The notes: generated from the sequence alone by a model not told the origin. A stretch of DNA of 64,000 nt from Fibrobacterales bacterium (GCA_051532055.1 JAOPTX010000017.1:4628-68627), one strand, 5' to 3'; positions 49,427-59,807 are shown, counted from the stretch's first letter. Numbers and translations are program-made.

Positions 49427-50917
49427 ATGCTCGACCAATCTATTTCTCAATGTAACACTGCTCAAAAAGAGGCAATTCTTTTTGAGCATTCTAATGGCCC
49501 TTTACTCATTTTGGCCGGTGCTGGTACTGGAAAAACAACGGTGCTCACTCTTCGTATTGCACATCTTTGTGCTTCAGGAATTAACCCAAATACAATTGTA
49601 GCTCTCACCTTTACTCAAAAGGCGGCATTTGAGATGCGAGAGCGCCTTGAATCTCTCATTGAAGGTGTGGTGCCTGATTGTGAAGCACCAACTGCCTCTA
49701 CTTTTCACTCATTTGCCTATACAATGCTGAATGATGAAATACACGGTATTCCTAATTACAAGAGAGTAGGGTTTAGAAATAAACCTCGGGTAGCAGATCA
49801 GGACAAATTAAGGAGTGTACTTCAGAGTGCTGAGGGTCAGCAGGGTGACAAAGTGAAGGATGAAAGAGGTGAGATAAGGGAAAATGCTCTTGAAAATCCC
49901 TTTTGTTTGGAGCAGTCTGAAAGTAATTGTACTCAACTACTTAAAAGATGGTGTCTAGAGAATAATGCACTTCCATTTGAAAGTATGATCTCAATAGCGC
50001 GAATTCTGCTCATGGAATCTGAAGTATTGACATGGTATCATACACGGTACACCCATATTCTTATAGATGAGTATCAAGATGTTAATATGAATCAATATCT
50101 TTTGAGTCGACAGCTTATTGGGAATCGTGAAACTCTATTTGTAGTGGGTGATGATGATCAAGCTATCTATGGATTTAGAGGTGCTGATGTACGTAACATT
50201 TTAGCTTTTAAAAGTGATTATCCTAGAGCACGTATTATCAAGCTTGAACATAACTATCGCTCGACTTACCCAATTGTTACTCTCGCTAATAGAATTTTTT
50301 CTGATAAATCCCTTGAGTTTAAAAAAGAGTTACTCGTTGGGGCAAAAAGGGATACACTCCTTTTTAACTCATCAAGGCCAGTGTGCCGGGTGGATATGCC
50401 ATCAGGGATTGCTGAACTTATGTGGATTAAAGCGAGAATTGAACAGATTCGTGACGAGTATGGAGTGAGTTACAGTGATTGTGCAATTCTTGCTCGACTC
50501 AATAGTCAGGTGAGCTATTATCGAGAGGGACTTATTTACCTGAATGTACCAGTAAAAGCAAGTAAAGAGCATGAAGAAAATGCAGTTGTAGTTCAGACTG
50601 TTCATGCGTCCAAAGGGTTACAATACCCTGTGGTATTTTATGGTGGAATCTCTAATGATCTCACTCCATTAGAGAACAAGGGTGAAGAAAAGGAAAGTTA
50701 TGATGATGAAGAGCGGCGGGTGTTTTATGTTGGCGTCACCCGTGCTGAGTCCCTTCTTTATCTGATGCATACATCTCGAAAAGTATTTAATAAAAAGGCG
50801 AGGAGGTTTTCCCCTTCGCCATATTTCAGATATTTACCCGAATCATTAGCTAAAAAAATTAAGCGAAAAGCTTTCTACGCTTTGAGTGCATCATCAATAG
50901 CCTCGACAAGGCTCTGA
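49427..50917 (+). CDS. UvrD/Rep/PcrA-family SF1 helicase, compact
   Basis: AGAGTGKT, TFTQKAA, DEYQD, VGDDDQAIYGFRGA, NYRS, TVHASKGLQY, EERRVFYVGVTRA. Confidence 0.93.
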   Translation: MLDQSISQCNTAQKEAILFEHSNGPLLILAGAGTGKTTVLTLRIAHLCASGINPNTIVALTFTQKAAFEMRERLESLIEGVVPDCEAPTASTFHSFAYTMLNDEIHGIPNYKRVGFRNKPRVADQDKLRSVLQSAEGQQGDKVKDERGEIRENALENPFCLEQSESNCTQLLKRWCLENNALPFESMISIARILLMESEVLTWYHTRYTHILIDEYQDVNMNQYLLSRQLIGNRETLFVVGDDDQAIYGFRGADVRNILAFKSDYPRARIIKLEHNYRSTYPIVTLANRIFSDKSLEFKKELLVGAKRDTLLFNSSRPVCRVDMPSGIAELMWIKARIEQIRDEYGVSYSDCAILARLNSQVSYYREGLIYLNVPVKASKEHEENAVVVQTVHASKGLQYPVVFYGGISNDLTPLENKGEEKESYDDEERRVFYVGVTRAESLLYLMHTSRKVFNKKARRFSPSPYFRYLPESLAKKIKRKAFYALSASSIASTRL

Positions 50918-51234
50918 CGATTAACGCCGCTATGGCTATCATGCCAAATAACAGAACCATTTTTAATGAGGAGTGCTTGGGGTGATTCATGCTTTATTGA
51001 GAGGGATGCTGCTATTTCTTGCGAAATAGGACGTGCACCAATAACGTTAACTTGATAGATATTTACTTTGTCGTGCAATTCTTTGTTTTCATCTATAAAA
51101 ACATTAAATTCATTTTGTGAATAGTGGCTCACAGGGCAAACAGGTGAGTATTTAAAAATAAGGGTTGGGCGCTCTTCACTGCTGCGCATTGCTTCGGGAA
51201 GGTGTGATAATTCCGTCATTTCTTGTAAAACCAT
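50875..51234 (-). CDS. Monothiol bacilliredoxin BrxC/YtxJ family
   Basis: IFKYSPVCPVS, HESPQ, WHDSH. Confidence 0.88.
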   Translation of the reverse strand: MVLQEMTELSHLPEAMRSSEERPTLIFKYSPVCPVSHYSQNEFNVFIDENKELHDKVNIYQVNVIGARPISQEIAASLSIKHESPQALLIKNGSVIWHDSHSGVNRQSLVEAIDDALKA

Positions 51235-51355
51235 GGTATGTTCCTGATTATGTTGTGTTCAAAATATATATTTTGGAAACGCCCTAGGCCTGCTAATAGT
51301 ATGGTGAATGATACGGGTGGAGAAATATTACAAAGTTTTAATATTAGGGTATACT

Positions 51356-53170
51356 ATGTTGACCTCTTTTCGTTTTTTATCTCTGAGCCTAACAGTCCTC
51401 TTCGGTTTGAGTGGCTGTTTATTTGACAGTGAATCAGATGCTCCTCAAACAACGCCAATCTCATCGGTTGCAGCATCACTTTCGTCATCCACAACGATCT
51501 CATCAGGGGGAGCCTCACTTTCATCATCGTCTACAGTATATCATCTCAGTAGCGTACTCACAATTCCAGATGTCATTCTTCCCATACAAACAGATTATCA
51601 AGTGATTGAATATCAGAATTTAAAGTCTGTGCAACAGGGGGCTTTTATTCCCTTGTATGTGGATAGCGTACTTGTAAATGGAGTGAAAGTAGATACGATG
51701 TATTATAAGGGGGCTTACGTTGATTCGGTTCCTGGCGGGGAGCTCATTGTTGTGGAACTTCCTGATGCTAACTTTCAATCGATATTAGGGTCAGCAAGAG
51801 AGCAGTTGAAAAATTGTAATCCAACTATCGCTTCTCAATATAATAGTGAACGTATTGATAAAATCATTGATACTCTTGATCTTTTCTTTCAGTCAGCAAT
51901 GGTGGGTGATACTGCGGGCTTATACTATATCAATGCTATAGATACCATTGCAATTATATCTCAATATTGTGTAAATCAAGACCCAATAATGGCAGAGGCC
52001 TATACGATTCTTGCCAAAGAGTATCTCTATAGAGAAGACCTTAAACCATTTGAAAGCTATGCAAGTATTGATGATCTTTTTGCGGGTTTGTCAGATCGGT
52101 ACACACAATATGCTCCCGTCACTCCCAACCTTACACAACAGCAGACCCAGTGGTTGGCGCCAATTTCTACAGGAATCATTGGAATAACGTATCAAAGCAG
52201 CGGCAATGGATTAGATGGGTCAGATACTTTGGTAGTAAGTGATGTATTTCCTTTTTCACCGGCTGAACGCGCTGGCATGCAAAAGGGTGATAAAATTATT
52301 CGGGTCAACGACTCCCTTGTTGTTGCAACAGGAAATAATATTAGCCGTTTTAGAACCTTTGCAGATGGGCAAGAAGGTACTGTCCTTGTTTTTGAGTTGT
52401 TGCGTGACCATGCATTACTTACTCTATCGGTGACTAAAGAAAATATAAGAGTACCCACGGTTTGGACTGATTCAATCAATGGGGTAGCTATTATTTCGAT
52501 TGATCGATTCTCATCGGTTACATATGATCCAAATGCTCAAGGTACATACTCAGAATTTAGAGATGCACTTCAGAAGACTGCTCATTTCCCACATACTATT
52601 ATTGATCTAGAAAATAATGGTGGGGGAGTGGTGTCACAGTGTACAAAAATGGCAGATGAACTGATTAAAGGAGGCCTCCTGTATAAAATTAAATATATGG
52701 AAGAGGGGGTTTTGGTGAATGAAGATGTTCCTGCAACTATAGATGGCTTAGGGGAAGAACGAAGTTTTTCATTTTTAGCAAATAAGGGAAGTGCGAGCTG
52801 TTCTGAGATTTTTCTTATTGCAGTTACAGAAAATCGCTCTGATAAAATTTATGGAACTACAACCTATGGAAAGGGTATTGGCCAAGGTATTTTTCTGATT
52901 CAAGAAGGTTTAGGTGGAACGATAAAGGTTACATCCACAGAGTTTTTAGGGCCGCTGGGTACTTCGTACCACATAAAAGGTGTCGCGCCACATGTTGAGG
53001 CTACTACAGGCGTCAGTGCACTTGATCTGGCGCTCGAGGCCTATGCTGTCGAAAACACTCCCATTCAAGCCCAAAAACGTTCTTTGGGGGCGATGCCTGA
53101 GACCAATCAGAAATTTTGGGAATATGAGCGTTATAGTGAGCCTGTATTAATAAATGATTTAAGACAATAG
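51356..53170 (+). CDS. S41 (C-terminal processing) peptidase lipoprotein with PDZ, paralogue 1
   Basis: Lipobox LSGC; Ser-rich linker; PDZ SPAERAG..KGD; NNGGG, SASCSE, TYGKG. Confidence 0.88.
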   Translation: MLTSFRFLSLSLTVLFGLSGCLFDSESDAPQTTPISSVAASLSSSTTISSGGASLSSSSTVYHLSSVLTIPDVILPIQTDYQVIEYQNLKSVQQGAFIPLYVDSVLVNGVKVDTMYYKGAYVDSVPGGELIVVELPDANFQSILGSAREQLKNCNPTIASQYNSERIDKIIDTLDLFFQSAMVGDTAGLYYINAIDTIAIISQYCVNQDPIMAEAYTILAKEYLYREDLKPFESYASIDDLFAGLSDRYTQYAPVTPNLTQQQTQWLAPISTGIIGITYQSSGNGLDGSDTLVVSDVFPFSPAERAGMQKGDKIIRVNDSLVVATGNNISRFRTFADGQEGTVLVFELLRDHALLTLSVTKENIRVPTVWTDSINGVAIISIDRFSSVTYDPNAQGTYSEFRDALQKTAHFPHTIIDLENNGGGVVSQCTKMADELIKGGLLYKIKYMEEGVLVNEDVPATIDGLGEERSFSFLANKGSASCSEIFLIAVTENRSDKIYGTTTYGKGIGQGIFLIQEGLGGTIKVTSTEFLGPLGTSYHIKGVAPHVEATTGVSALDLALEAYAVENTPIQAQKRSLGAMPETNQKFWEYERYSEPVLINDLRQ

Positions 53171-53290
53171 TGTTAGGTGCTCACGGTTTGTGAGCTCTAT
53201 TTATTAAATGACGTGGTTCTTTTTTCGGTGTTACTCGGTAAATTATATATTATACCTGAGACATATGGGTAATTGTGCCCTTTGGAGGAT

Positions 53291-55006
53291 ATGGTGAAGA
53301 TTTTTTTATCTAAAATGATACGTGTTACTAGTTTGTTTGGGGTGGCACTTCTCTCATCATGCCTGCTTCTTGAGACAGAATCCAACACTAAATATCCTAC
53401 AGAATCAGTTGCCTATGAACTTGATGATCACGCTGTTTTTCAGAGTGATAAGAAGGAGATGTTTCTTCGGCTAAAAACAGATAGTGTCCTTATTGATGGA
53501 GCGATGAGTGATAGCATGTATTACCGGGGGTCCTATGTTGATAGTGTCGAAGTTGGCAATTTTAAAATTGTTGGTCTTCCTGAACCAGGAGCGATGGCAC
53601 GCCTTGATTCTGCTCATAGTGCTGTGTCACAATGTGAATCGTGGCAATATACAAATGGACAGCAAGCACGACTATTAAAGGTAATTGACACTCTTCGAGG
53701 TTTTTATGATACGGTAGCAATTGGTCAAGTGTATGACCTTTATTACCACGATGCGATTGACTCTATATCAGCAGCCGAAAATTTTTGCAAAAATCGCGAA
53801 GGCATATTAGCAGAAACCTATAACTTACTTCTCAACGAATATCTTTACGATCAAGACCTTCAGCCTTATACTACCTACAGTAATGTTGAATCACTATTTG
53901 ATGGATTAAGTGATAGGTTTACCAGTTATAGAAAACCTACCCCAAATCCTACCCAGCAGCAAACTCAGTGGCTTGCCCCTGTTACACAAGGTAAATTGGG
54001 TTTGAAGTATAAGAATATTGGCAGTAGTGTAAAGCAGACTGATTCTCTCGAAATTACTGAAGTTTATCCAATGTCGCCTGCGGAGGATGCAGGGCTTCAA
54101 AAAGGTGATAGAATTTTAAGTGTGGACTCTGTAATTGTATATGGAACGGGTGAAAACTCAACACTTTTCAATGAGGTTACAAAAGGTGAAGCAGGTAAAA
54201 CAATCCTATTTGAAATTAAAAGAAAGGGAACTGTATTTTTTACTTCGGCTACAAAGGATAATATCCGAGTACCTACAGTGTGGGTTGATTCAATAATGAC
54301 AGGATGGTCTAACATTATAAAAGCTATTGGGGTTATTGAAATTGATCGATTTTCTACAGTAACCTATGACCCAAATGCAAATGGGACAAAATCTGAATTT
54401 AAAATTGCCCTCGAAAAGACCGCGCACTTTGAACATACAATTATTGACTTTAGGAGTAATGGTGGAGGTGTGGTATCCCAATGTACAGACATGGCCGATG
54501 AGCTTGTAGCGGGCGGTATTTTATACAGAAGAAACTCAATGTATGAAGGTAAAAAATATAGTTCTGCAGTAGAGGCAACCCTTGGAGGACTTGGAGAGAA
54601 CCGGGAATTTACCTTTTTGGTAAATGGCGGTAGTGCAAGTTGTACCGAAATTTTTCTCATTGCTATTCGTGAAAATCGAGGAGATATCATAATTGGCGAT
54701 ACAACTTATGGTAAAGGTATTGGGCAGGGTATTCATCAAATTAATAAAGGCCTTGGGGGCTCAGCAAAAGTTACATCGAGTGAATATATTGGCAAGTTGG
54801 GTACTGTGTATCATCTTAAAGGTATTGTTCCTGATATTCTAATCGAAAAAGATCAGGATGCAAAGGAGGTTGCAATGGAATTACTTGCAGGCTCTTCAAC
54901 TATTGCTCAAAAACGATCGATTGTTCCCTCGGTTCAGGTGTCTGAACCGGATGATACTCCTGTTGAAGAACCTTATCTTATCGATGATATGCTACAACCT
55001 CGCTAG
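53291..55006 (+). CDS. S41 peptidase lipoprotein with PDZ, paralogue 2
   Basis: GGAGG RBS; lipobox LSSC; SPAEDAGLQKGD, DFRSNGGG, SASCTE, TYGKG. Confidence 0.88.
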   Translation: MVKIFLSKMIRVTSLFGVALLSSCLLLETESNTKYPTESVAYELDDHAVFQSDKKEMFLRLKTDSVLIDGAMSDSMYYRGSYVDSVEVGNFKIVGLPEPGAMARLDSAHSAVSQCESWQYTNGQQARLLKVIDTLRGFYDTVAIGQVYDLYYHDAIDSISAAENFCKNREGILAETYNLLLNEYLYDQDLQPYTTYSNVESLFDGLSDRFTSYRKPTPNPTQQQTQWLAPVTQGKLGLKYKNIGSSVKQTDSLEITEVYPMSPAEDAGLQKGDRILSVDSVIVYGTGENSTLFNEVTKGEAGKTILFEIKRKGTVFFTSATKDNIRVPTVWVDSIMTGWSNIIKAIGVIEIDRFSTVTYDPNANGTKSEFKIALEKTAHFEHTIIDFRSNGGGVVSQCTDMADELVAGGILYRRNSMYEGKKYSSAVEATLGGLGENREFTFLVNGGSASCTEIFLIAIRENRGDIIIGDTTYGKGIGQGIHQINKGLGGSAKVTSSEYIGKLGTVYHLKGIVPDILIEKDQDAKEVAMELLAGSSTIAQKRSIVPSVQVSEPDDTPVEEPYLIDDMLQPR

Positions 55007-55043
55007 TGCTGATCTTTTTAGATTAATTTTAAAATATTGAGTG

Positions 55044-56045
55044 CTATTCAATGATGTCATATACCAGGTCTTCAAGCTCCTGGTTTCTATTCTCTACAAA
55101 ATAGCGCCACACTTGTTCAATGTTTTTTCTACGAATAAACATGAAGTAAGTGCATGGAATAGAGTTCTTGCACCCATAGACAAACTCAATCTTAAAATCG
55201 CGCTCTATAATACTATCAAGAATAATTCGAATTTTAAGAGGTGTATAGAATTGGTTGGGCGTGATCTTGATACCTGGCTTTGATATGAGGTGACGAAACT
55301 GTTTAATTTTACTGAGGTCTGTAAAATTGTCATGGTCATTGAGTTTTAAATACTCTTTTTGGTCATCATTTATACTGCAAATAATAGTTGAGTTAAGGAA
55401 AATTTCTTCAGAGGTCACCATGCCTATATTTTGAAGTTGAATACTCACGATAATATCAACTTTTTCTTCATAAATGATCGGTGGTTCGATAAGGTAGTTG
55501 TGGGTTAATATAGGCGCAGGGAGCCCGCCAAACATCTTAGAGAGCATTATATGTGGAATGGATACAAAGGTAGCGCCTGATCGCATAAAGTATTTTTCGT
55601 TGTTGAGTGACCTTAATGGTTCACCTTGGAGTTTTGGAATATATGAGACCATAATACCATCGTCTTCATCAGTAGGGACGTCAATGTTTTCAACTCCGGG
55701 ATTTATAGGGATGGTTAAGCCTGAGACAAGTGAATCCATCCAGCTTCTAAAACGTTTTATATTGTGGATTGCATGAATTTCGGTGGGAACATCTTTGTCA
55801 TCGACTTTATTTCGGGCGCACTCAACACCCCAAATGATTAAACCACCTTCGGTATTCGAAAAGCCCGATATTGCTTTGGAAAAATTGGCTCGATCAATTT
55901 TATGAAGGTGCTTATTACCACCGTTGTCGGCTGAACGTTTATAATCGAGGTAGAGTTCTTCAGAGACTTCATCCTCAATCATTTTGTGGATAGAGCGTAA
56001 CCCATCTCGTTTAATATTTTCAAATATCTCTTCTGCACGTCCCAT
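55044..56045 (-). CDS. AlbA_2 / Schlafen-domain protein
   Basis: EELYLDYK, ISGFSNTEGGLIIWGV, YFMRSG; uncharacterised C-terminal region. Confidence 0.85.
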   Translation of the reverse strand: MGRAEEIFENIKRDGLRSIHKMIEDEVSEELYLDYKRSADNGGNKHLHKIDRANFSKAISGFSNTEGGLIIWGVECARNKVDDKDVPTEIHAIHNIKRFRSWMDSLVSGLTIPINPGVENIDVPTDEDDGIMVSYIPKLQGEPLRSLNNEKYFMRSGATFVSIPHIMLSKMFGGLPAPILTHNYLIEPPIIYEEKVDIIVSIQLQNIGMVTSEEIFLNSTIICSINDDQKEYLKLNDHDNFTDLSKIKQFRHLISKPGIKITPNQFYTPLKIRIILDSIIERDFKIEFVYGCKNSIPCTYFMFIRRKNIEQVWRYFVENRNQELEDLVYDIIE

Positions 56046-56265
56046 AAAGCCTCCGGAGTCCTTACTTTTAATATAAGCAAATAGTAGTGGAGTTTTTTAA
56101 AACACATAGGATTCACCTTAAAAATTTTAGATAATTGATAATATTCAGGCTCAATTAAGTTCATATTTGTCTTTAATGGGTGTAAGTGCTGATTAGAATC
56201 GAAGCTAAAATCGTTATTTTGGTCATTTTTCTATCTTAATATTATAATGCTCTAATAGGTAGTAA

Positions 56266-56832
56266 ATGGAACTCCTCTCTCAGCCGTGGCCATGGTATAT
56301 CGCAGGCCCTCTTATTGTACTTACAATGTTCCTCCTTCAGTGGCTTGGAAAACGCTTTGGTATTTCGTCAATTCTTGAAACAACCTGTACGATTGCCGGC
56401 GCTGGTAACGTTACCGACTATTTTAAAACAGACTGGAAAAAAGAATACTGGAGCTATCTCTTTATTTTGGGTGGTATTCTTGGCGGTGTTATTTCTCATA
56501 CGTTTTTAAACAGTGGTAAGGGTCCTGCGATTTCTGATGAGACAAAGAGTGACCTCATGGCACTTGGTATAAGTCAGTTTGATCAATTGGTCCCAGTAGA
56601 ACTCTTTGCGCTTGAGATGCTCTATACTCCTGCTGGGCTCATACTCATGATAGGTGGTGGCTTTTTGGTGGGCTTTGGAACTCGTTATGCAGGGGGATGT
56701 ACATCAGGCCATTCAATTTCTGGAATTGCTAATCTTCAACGCTCATCAATTATCGCAACGGTATTTTTCTTCGTTGGAGGCCTTGTAGGCACTCACCTTC
56801 TCCTTCCTCTCATTCTTGGAGGCGTATTATGA
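56266..56832 (+). CDS. YeeE/YedE sulfur-compound transporter subunit
   Basis: QPWPWY, GGFLVGFGTRYAGGCTSGH. Confidence 0.92.
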   Translation: MELLSQPWPWYIAGPLIVLTMFLLQWLGKRFGISSILETTCTIAGAGNVTDYFKTDWKKEYWSYLFILGGILGGVISHTFLNSGKGPAISDETKSDLMALGISQFDQLVPVELFALEMLYTPAGLILMIGGGFLVGFGTRYAGGCTSGHSISGIANLQRSSIIATVFFFVGGLVGTHLLLPLILGGVL

Positions 56833-57242
56833 AGTCCCTTGCATTTATAGCTGTTGGAATACTTTTCGGGATAGTAATGACCCAGGCAGAGATAATCTCG
56901 TGGTTTCGCATTCAAGAGATGTTTCGGTTTCAAGCATTTCATATGTATGGCGTGATTGGTTCTGCTGTTGCTCTTGGTATTTTAATGAATTTTTTCATTA
57001 AGAAATTTAGTGTTAAGAGCGTTGACGGCTTAGATATCGTTCCCCCAATAAAGAATAATACTATTGTTCGGAATGTTATTGGTGGTACGCTCTTTGGCAT
57101 TGGCTGGGCCTTTACAGGCGCCTGTCCTGGGCCACTGTTTGTATTGCTGGGTAATGGCCTTCCTTTATTTGGAGTTGTTATTCTCAGTGCGATACTTGGT
57201 GCATTTACCTACGGGTGCTTTGCCAAAAAACTTCCAAAATAA
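56829..57242 (+). CDS. YeeE/YedE family transporter subunit
   Basis: SWFRIQEMF, GGTLFGIGWAFTGACPGP. Confidence 0.92.
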   Translation: MKSLAFIAVGILFGIVMTQAEIISWFRIQEMFRFQAFHMYGVIGSAVALGILMNFFIKKFSVKSVDGLDIVPPIKNNTIVRNVIGGTLFGIGWAFTGACPGPLFVLLGNGLPLFGVVILSAILGAFTYGCFAKKLPK

Positions 57243-57258
57243 TTGTATATTTCTAAAC

Positions 57259-57813
57259 ATGAAATTATTATTACTGTTGATCTGTTTTGCAAGCCTTATT
57301 TATAGTCAGGAATCAGAAGAAAGAGACTCAGCAATTGTTGAGCCTGTTATTGAAATAAGTTTTGGGTCATCGCTACTTTATTTGGAACAGGATTTTCTCA
57401 CTGATGGTGTCGTCGATAGTGAGCGACTTCCCGTTGCTTCAGTGGTGTTTCTTGCAGAATGGCTTTTTTCGAAAAAATGGTCAGTTCCTTTCGCTATAAA
57501 TATTCCAACAGAGCCTTCTCGACTTTTCAAAGATAGTGTCATGACAGAAGCTCATGTAGCCTCTACTATTGGAACGGGTGTAACCTGGGTTCCCCTCCAA
57601 TGTAAGCCGTTTGCGAGGGCCCAACTCAACCTGCAAATTGGGGCTATGATTTTTATGGATATAAACCCAAAGGATGAACGCACATTTTATCCTTTGCCCT
57701 TATCGCGTATTCATATTGAGACCCCTAGTGGTTTTACACTTTACTTTGGTGGGAGCTATATTCCTACTCATCCTATTTTTGCCATAACCTATGGGGTAGG
57801 GCAACGATTTTGA
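57259..57813 (+). CDS. Secreted protein, possible small outer-membrane beta-barrel
   Basis: Signal peptide from ATG 57259; amphipathic strands; ends YGVGQRF (terminal Phe). Confidence 0.6.
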   Translation: MKLLLLLICFASLIYSQESEERDSAIVEPVIEISFGSSLLYLEQDFLTDGVVDSERLPVASVVFLAEWLFSKKWSVPFAINIPTEPSRLFKDSVMTEAHVASTIGTGVTWVPLQCKPFARAQLNLQIGAMIFMDINPKDERTFYPLPLSRIHIETPSGFTLYFGGSYIPTHPIFAITYGVGQRF

Positions 57814-57862
57814 TTATTGATGGTTCTCACAAGGTGCTTCTACCATATTTAACGTAGAAATA

Positions 57863-59782
57863 TTACTGTGGTGTATTGATTATCTCAAGAGTGCGATTCA
57901 CAATTCCTGACGCATCAATACCACATTTAACATATTGCTCTTCTTGGGTTGCATGATCAATAAATGTGTCGGGAATACCGAAGCGATTGAGTGAGCCTTT
58001 GTAGTTAGACTCGAGAGCGTGTTCTGCAACAGCACTTCCAAATCCTCCAGTGATACACCCGTCTTCAACAGTGATGATGTGATCATACTTTTCAAATATA
58101 GCAGCAAGGAGTGAAGTGTCCAGTGGCTTTACAAAACGCATGTCGTAGTGGCCTGGGTTGTACCCTTCGTTTTTCAGTTTTATTAGGGCTTCTGTTACCG
58201 CATTGCCAATAGTACCTATGGTTACAAAGGCAATTGACTCCCCGTCAATTAAAGTGCGACCAGTCCCAACAGGGATTGGTTCAAAAGGACGTTTCCAGTC
58301 TGGAGTGACACCGGTCCCCCGTGGATAGCGTATGCTAAAAGGGCCATTAGTGTAGGTTGTTGCGGTGAACATAAGGTTTCTGAGTTCAATTTCATTCATA
58401 GGTGCGCTTACCACCATATGGGGGATTGCCCGCATAAAGGCCATGTCGTATGTGCCTTGGTGTGTAGAACCATCAGCTCCCACTAGTCCAGCTCTATCAA
58501 GGCAGAAAATTACGGGGAGTTTTTGTATTGCAACATCGTGAATAAGCTGATCATAAGAGCGTTGTAAAAATGATGAGTAGACATTGCAAAAAGGGACAAT
58601 CCCCTGAGCTGCGAGCCCTGCTGAAAAGGTAACTGCATGTTGCTCTGCGATACCAACGTCGAATGTGCGCTCCGGCATCTCTTTCATCATAAGATTCAAT
58701 GATGATCCAGACGGCATTGCGGGCGTGATACCCATTATTTTTTCATTTTCACGAGCGAGCTCTAGTATGGTTTCACCAAAAACATCTTGATACTTCGGTG
58801 GTTTTCCGGCATTACTAGTTTTTTTCTCTATTTCACCACTTTGAGCGTCAAAGATTCCTGGTGCTGCGTGCCATTTAAGGGGGTCATCTTCAGCGTGTTT
58901 AAAGCCTTTCCCTTTTTTGGTGATAACATGAAGGAGTTTTGGCCCATCAATCTCTTTTAAGTCAGAGAGAATTTTAGTGAGGTGCTCAATATTATGGCCA
59001 TCAACAGGACCAAAGTAGCGAAAGTTAAGGGATTCAAAAAAGTTACTTTGTTGCGACACTAAGCTTTTCAGTGAGGTTTCAACAGTATGCGCAAGGTTTT
59101 GTGCATGGGTACCAAGGGTTTTAAATTTACCCATCAGGTCCCAGATTTCATCTCTAAGTTTATTAAAGGTGTGAGAGGTGGTGATGTTTGTGAGGTAGTC
59201 CTTGAGGGCGCCTACATTTTCATCAATCGCCATATTGTTATCATTAAGAATAACTAAGATGTTTGACTTTTGAACCCCAGCATTATTGAGGCCTTCAAAG
59301 GCGATGCCACCCGTAAGTGAGCCGTCACCAATTACAGCTATGTGCTGCCTATCAGGTTCGCCTTGTGCCTTAGATGCAACAGCCATTCCTAGAGCCGCAG
59401 ATATAGAAACTGAGGCGTGGCCTGCAATAAAAGCATCATATTCACTTTCGTCAGGGTTTGGGAATGGGCCTATACCGCCTTGTTTTCTATTGGTATGGAA
59501 TTGGCTTTTACGCCCGGTAATAAGTTTATGGGCATAGGCTTGGTGTCCTACATCCCATACAATTTTATCATAGGGGGTGTTGAAGACATAGTGGAGGGCA
59601 GAGGTAAGCTCAACCACACCTAATGATGAAGCGAAGTGCCCCCCATGCTTGGCGGCAAACTCAATTAAGCTTTGACGAAGCTCGACACAGAATTCCGAGA
59701 GTTCACTCTGATTCAGTTTTCTGAGATCCTCAGGGCTATTTATAGCATCGAAATGGTGGGTAGAGCTTTCGTTTTGCATCAT
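57863..59782 (-). CDS. dxs: 1-deoxy-D-xylulose-5-phosphate synthase
   Basis: GGHFASSLG, WDVGHQAY, GDGSLTGG, DVGIAEQHA, DRAG, IRYPRG. Confidence 0.98.
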   Translation of the reverse strand: MMQNESSTHHFDAINSPEDLRKLNQSELSEFCVELRQSLIEFAAKHGGHFASSLGVVELTSALHYVFNTPYDKIVWDVGHQAYAHKLITGRKSQFHTNRKQGGIGPFPNPDESEYDAFIAGHASVSISAALGMAVASKAQGEPDRQHIAVIGDGSLTGGIAFEGLNNAGVQKSNILVILNDNNMAIDENVGALKDYLTNITTSHTFNKLRDEIWDLMGKFKTLGTHAQNLAHTVETSLKSLVSQQSNFFESLNFRYFGPVDGHNIEHLTKILSDLKEIDGPKLLHVITKKGKGFKHAEDDPLKWHAAPGIFDAQSGEIEKKTSNAGKPPKYQDVFGETILELARENEKIMGITPAMPSGSSLNLMMKEMPERTFDVGIAEQHAVTFSAGLAAQGIVPFCNVYSSFLQRSYDQLIHDVAIQKLPVIFCLDRAGLVGADGSTHQGTYDMAFMRAIPHMVVSAPMNEIELRNLMFTATTYTNGPFSIRYPRGTGVTPDWKRPFEPIPVGTGRTLIDGESIAFVTIGTIGNAVTEALIKLKNEGYNPGHYDMRFVKPLDTSLLAAIFEKYDHIITVEDGCITGGFGSAVAEHALESNYKGSLNRFGIPDTFIDHATQEEQYVKCGIDASGIVNRTLEIINTPQ

Positions 59783-59807
59783 AATGTACTTCTTTATATA
59801 TTAACTA

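Noticed and set aside
48983-50917. Gabija-like defence system (short UvrD similar in size to GajB)
   Set aside because: No OLD-family ATPase/TOPRIM gene adjacent; the upstream ORF is only 115 aa with no Walker motifs.
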